A DNA stretch of 63,659 bases, filler included, from Rhabdomonas costata (lineage: Eukaryota): the NCBI GenBank assembly GCA_019059605.1. It is 46 parts of 46 records of this genome, joined end to end, with 100 filler letters (N's around TTAATTAATTAA, not from the genome) between each part and the next. Parts side by side here need not be neighbours in the genome. Positions count along the whole stretch, not along the records: positions 60,988 to 62,273 come from JAHMHO010020637.1; positions 62,374 to 63,659 come from JAHMHO010020638.1; 44 more parts are not named here. One strand, 5' to 3'. Below are positions 61,130 to 63,659 of the stretch, in pieces. Every line of letters begins with the position of its first letter. Within the stretch, counting starts at the first letter, position 1. Below the pieces are notes generated by a model, which was not told where the DNA came from, searched no databases, and saw only the letters and a list, made by a program, of their open reading frames with translations. A program made the translations under genes and the position numbers.

Positions 61130-61309
61130 GAGTATGGCCTGCGGTTTATTCTCAACGCGGACTTCGTGCTGGCGTCGTCCCGAGAACACATCGCGGAGGA
61201 TAGGGAGTGGAACTTGTGGCTACGCTCCCAAGTTGCGGAGGCGTTCTGTGACGCCCTGGAGGCCTACCTGAAGGAGCTGCAGCAGAAGACCGGGAGCTAT
61301 GCCTTTCAG
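61130..61309 (+). CDS. Exon of a NO VEIN/sacsin-like GHKL-ATPase-associated protein (absent from the ORF track)
   Basis: 180-nt phase-0 exon EYGLRFILNADFVLASSREHIAEDREWNLWLRSQVAEAF, matching the G..Fi.qaDF.l.ssRE.i..d..WN.wL motif. Confidence 0.8.
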
Positions 61310-63659
61310 GTCTCCTTCTAATGCACTCCGCAATCATGCACGCGCATCTTACCTCTTGCGAAGGCGCATCTAAATTGACGAATCGTTCGTGCATGCGGGT
61401 TCCTGCGGGTTCTTATCAACCTCTCACTCAAAATACGACCTATGAGGTCTTGACTTGTCTTTTCTGAGTTATATTACGGCGGGGGTGGGCAATGGCTCAA
61501 CGAGCGGAGCACCGGATCGCATATCAACGCTGTCATGGGATTCAGCAGAGAGACGTATTTGGCCCCTAGCACTGCCTGAATGACGTGGGCCCACATTTTC
61601 CGAATCAGACCACCTACCATGGAGCCATATTATTCGCTTGTTGGGATTCGCAGTGTGAGATGGTGATATGCTGAGGTGATAGGCGATTGGGCCTCTGGCC
61701 TCATCGCTGCGTTTAGTCGTGGTTGGTTTGAGGTCCAAAGCTGGTCTTTTGGCTTTTTCGGCCTTCATCTTACTGAGCCAAGCAGGTAGAGCAGTGCTCA
61801 TTAGCAACGTCCAGAATGTGCGGGTCATTTTTAAGTTTTTCGTGGACTTTTTTCGTTACTGGCGTCCCCTGGAATACCACCACGACAAGGACCCCCCAGA
61901 ATACTGGAAGAACTGGGACCCACCCGAGAGAACAAAACAAGACTCGCTCACCCAGAAGCCTTGGACAACGCCAGCTCGGGCGCGACCACTGTGATGCAGC
62001 GTTTTTTCCTAGTCATAATCATTATTTTTATAGTTAGTTAGTTAATTTCCGTGCAGGCGACACCGTTTTAGAGTGGTGATCGCGCTCGAATTTCCACTGA
62101 AACGTGCGCGCGCAAGCGAAAACAATAGCCAAAAATCGTTGCTGGCACACCGGCGTGCAGGTGGGCGGACGGTGCGCCAGCCTACAGTCTTTCTCTTATC
62201 AGTACGCAGGCCTGCAAAGGGCCAAAAAGGGCCCTTGCAAGCCTGTGTAAAGGCAAAAAAAAGGGGGGGGGGCNNNNNNNNNNNNNNNNNNNNNNNNNNN
62301 NNNNNNNNNNNNNNNNNTTAATTAATTAANNNNNNNNNNNNNNNNNNNNNNNNNNNNNNNNNNNNNNNNNNNNGGGGTTTTTGTGACTTTTGTGGGTCCC
62401 TGTATCAACTTTTTTAAGCGTTGTCTGGTTTTACGTGCACAGTCATCACGTTTCTTTCTTGCCCCTTGGTTCAATTTGTCCGTGGTCAGATCCCTCACTC
62501 AAAGCTTTGGTTCTCTTTGCGCTGCGTTCAGGTGATGAGTGCCTGGGTCTCCGGATACCAAGGTTGCCTTGAGGCTACAAAATTGGAACGACAAAAGTAT
62601 GTGCTGCGTTCCTCCGAGCGGCTTTGGTCACTGAAGTATTTTTATCTTCTGGATTTTTTGACGGGCGTATCGTCCAGAATTGTGAACACGTGGCAAGTTC
62701 GATTCGAAAAGACCCTCATACAGCAAAAATGCCAAATAATTCGCTTTCTCTGGGCTCCTTCATCGCCAGGACTGAGTGCTGTTTCATTTGTCCTCATTTT
62801 TTTGCCCTTTAGGAAATAGACCTGTTTGACCCCCAGTTGCCCCCCCCCAGGCCAAATCGGACCTTTTTGCGGTTGCTGAACTACGTTCACGCGTCTCCCT
62901 TTCCCCAAGTGGTCAAGGTTTTTCCACCCGAAAATGGGGAGCTCAAGCTGGGGAATTATTGTCCGAAAATGCACTTTGAAATGGTGTATAATACTTTTTT
63001 TTGCTCAGTGGCATCCGTGTGAGTTCACCCTTGCCCAGAGCATTCTTTTTGGCAACGCTGCAGAACACACAAGCACAACGGAACAATTCCTTAAAACGGT
63101 TGCGCAAACAATGTGAAACCGAAAACAGCCGTTCACCCCTACCTCTCCGCGGTGCACATGCCTTTTCTCTGACTCCTTCAGGTGGGTCTCGTGTCACAAG
63201 CTGGGCAATTTTAGTGGACTTGCTGACTGCAACGCTACCTTAAAGGGACTTATGTGCGAGCGTTATATTCTGCTGATGAAACGCCCCAAATGCCGCATCC
63301 GAGTTGACTCCTCAAGTACCCTACGAAAGCTGTCCGAGATTTGCTCGCAACTTATGGCAGAAAGCTGCGCCCTCACAGCCACGGTCAGTTATCCTGCCCC
63401 AGAGCAATGCGATGGGTCCCTTGCTTGTCGCCCTCAGAGTCCATTACGCCCTCAGAGTCCATCGCGCCTTCGCTCCAATCGCAATTTTGACACGTGTGAG
63501 GTTTCTTTGGAGGAGCCTGGTAGCCCAACTTCCAAATGCGGGGCCAGCTTGGTGGTCTCCAGCTCTCACACTCGCAAGCATTCGCCCTTTGCCAAGGCCG
63601 CCAGCGGTGCTCCAACCACACTCTCCTCTTCCTCCTCGTCGGGCCACTTGGGTGTAAGT

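Noticed and set aside
1-63659. tRNA, rRNA, spliced-leader RNA genes and CRISPR arrays
   Set aside because: None recognised by eye; GTTCGA hits (e.g. ~44889, ~54128) lack a cloverleaf context. A covariance-model search was not possible.

Overview
This window is not a contiguous locus. It is a pseudo-scaffold of 46 short contigs (about 1.27-1.29 kb each) joined by 45 identical 100-nt artificial spacers (N44-TTAATTAATTAA-N44), so neighbouring contigs are unlinked. Contig ends carry G/T-only (or complementary C/A-only) tails, a recurring TGGGTGTGTTTGG motif and terminal fold-backs, which points to whole-genome-amplified DNA. The source is an intron-rich eukaryote, most plausibly a euglenid. That is an inference from receptor-type class III adenylate cyclases, an intron-containing type I PKS, a CRE-type retroposon and GYRYG splice donors. 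Recognisable exon fragments: CCR4/angel EEP nuclease, NOS-like diflavin reductase, FtsH/YME1, TRP channel, thioredoxin-like protein, USP7, mitochondrial carrier, PKS ketosynthase, CDK, PRMT, CAMK-like kinase, CDC50, ABCG, Cache-like sensors, ART, ankyrin, CFAP47-like, adenylate cyclase and a NO VEIN/sacsin-like protein. Penelope-like, CRE-like and Ty3/gypsy retroelement pieces are also present. The best candidates for something new are (1) a Ty3/gypsy element whose integrase is followed by a DIRS-type Dam (N6-adenine methyltransferase)-like motif and (2) an AT-rich, intronless, pseudogenised island with Mimiviridae-style gene ends, possibly an endogenous giant-virus relic. All family calls come from motif recognition by eye; no searches were run.
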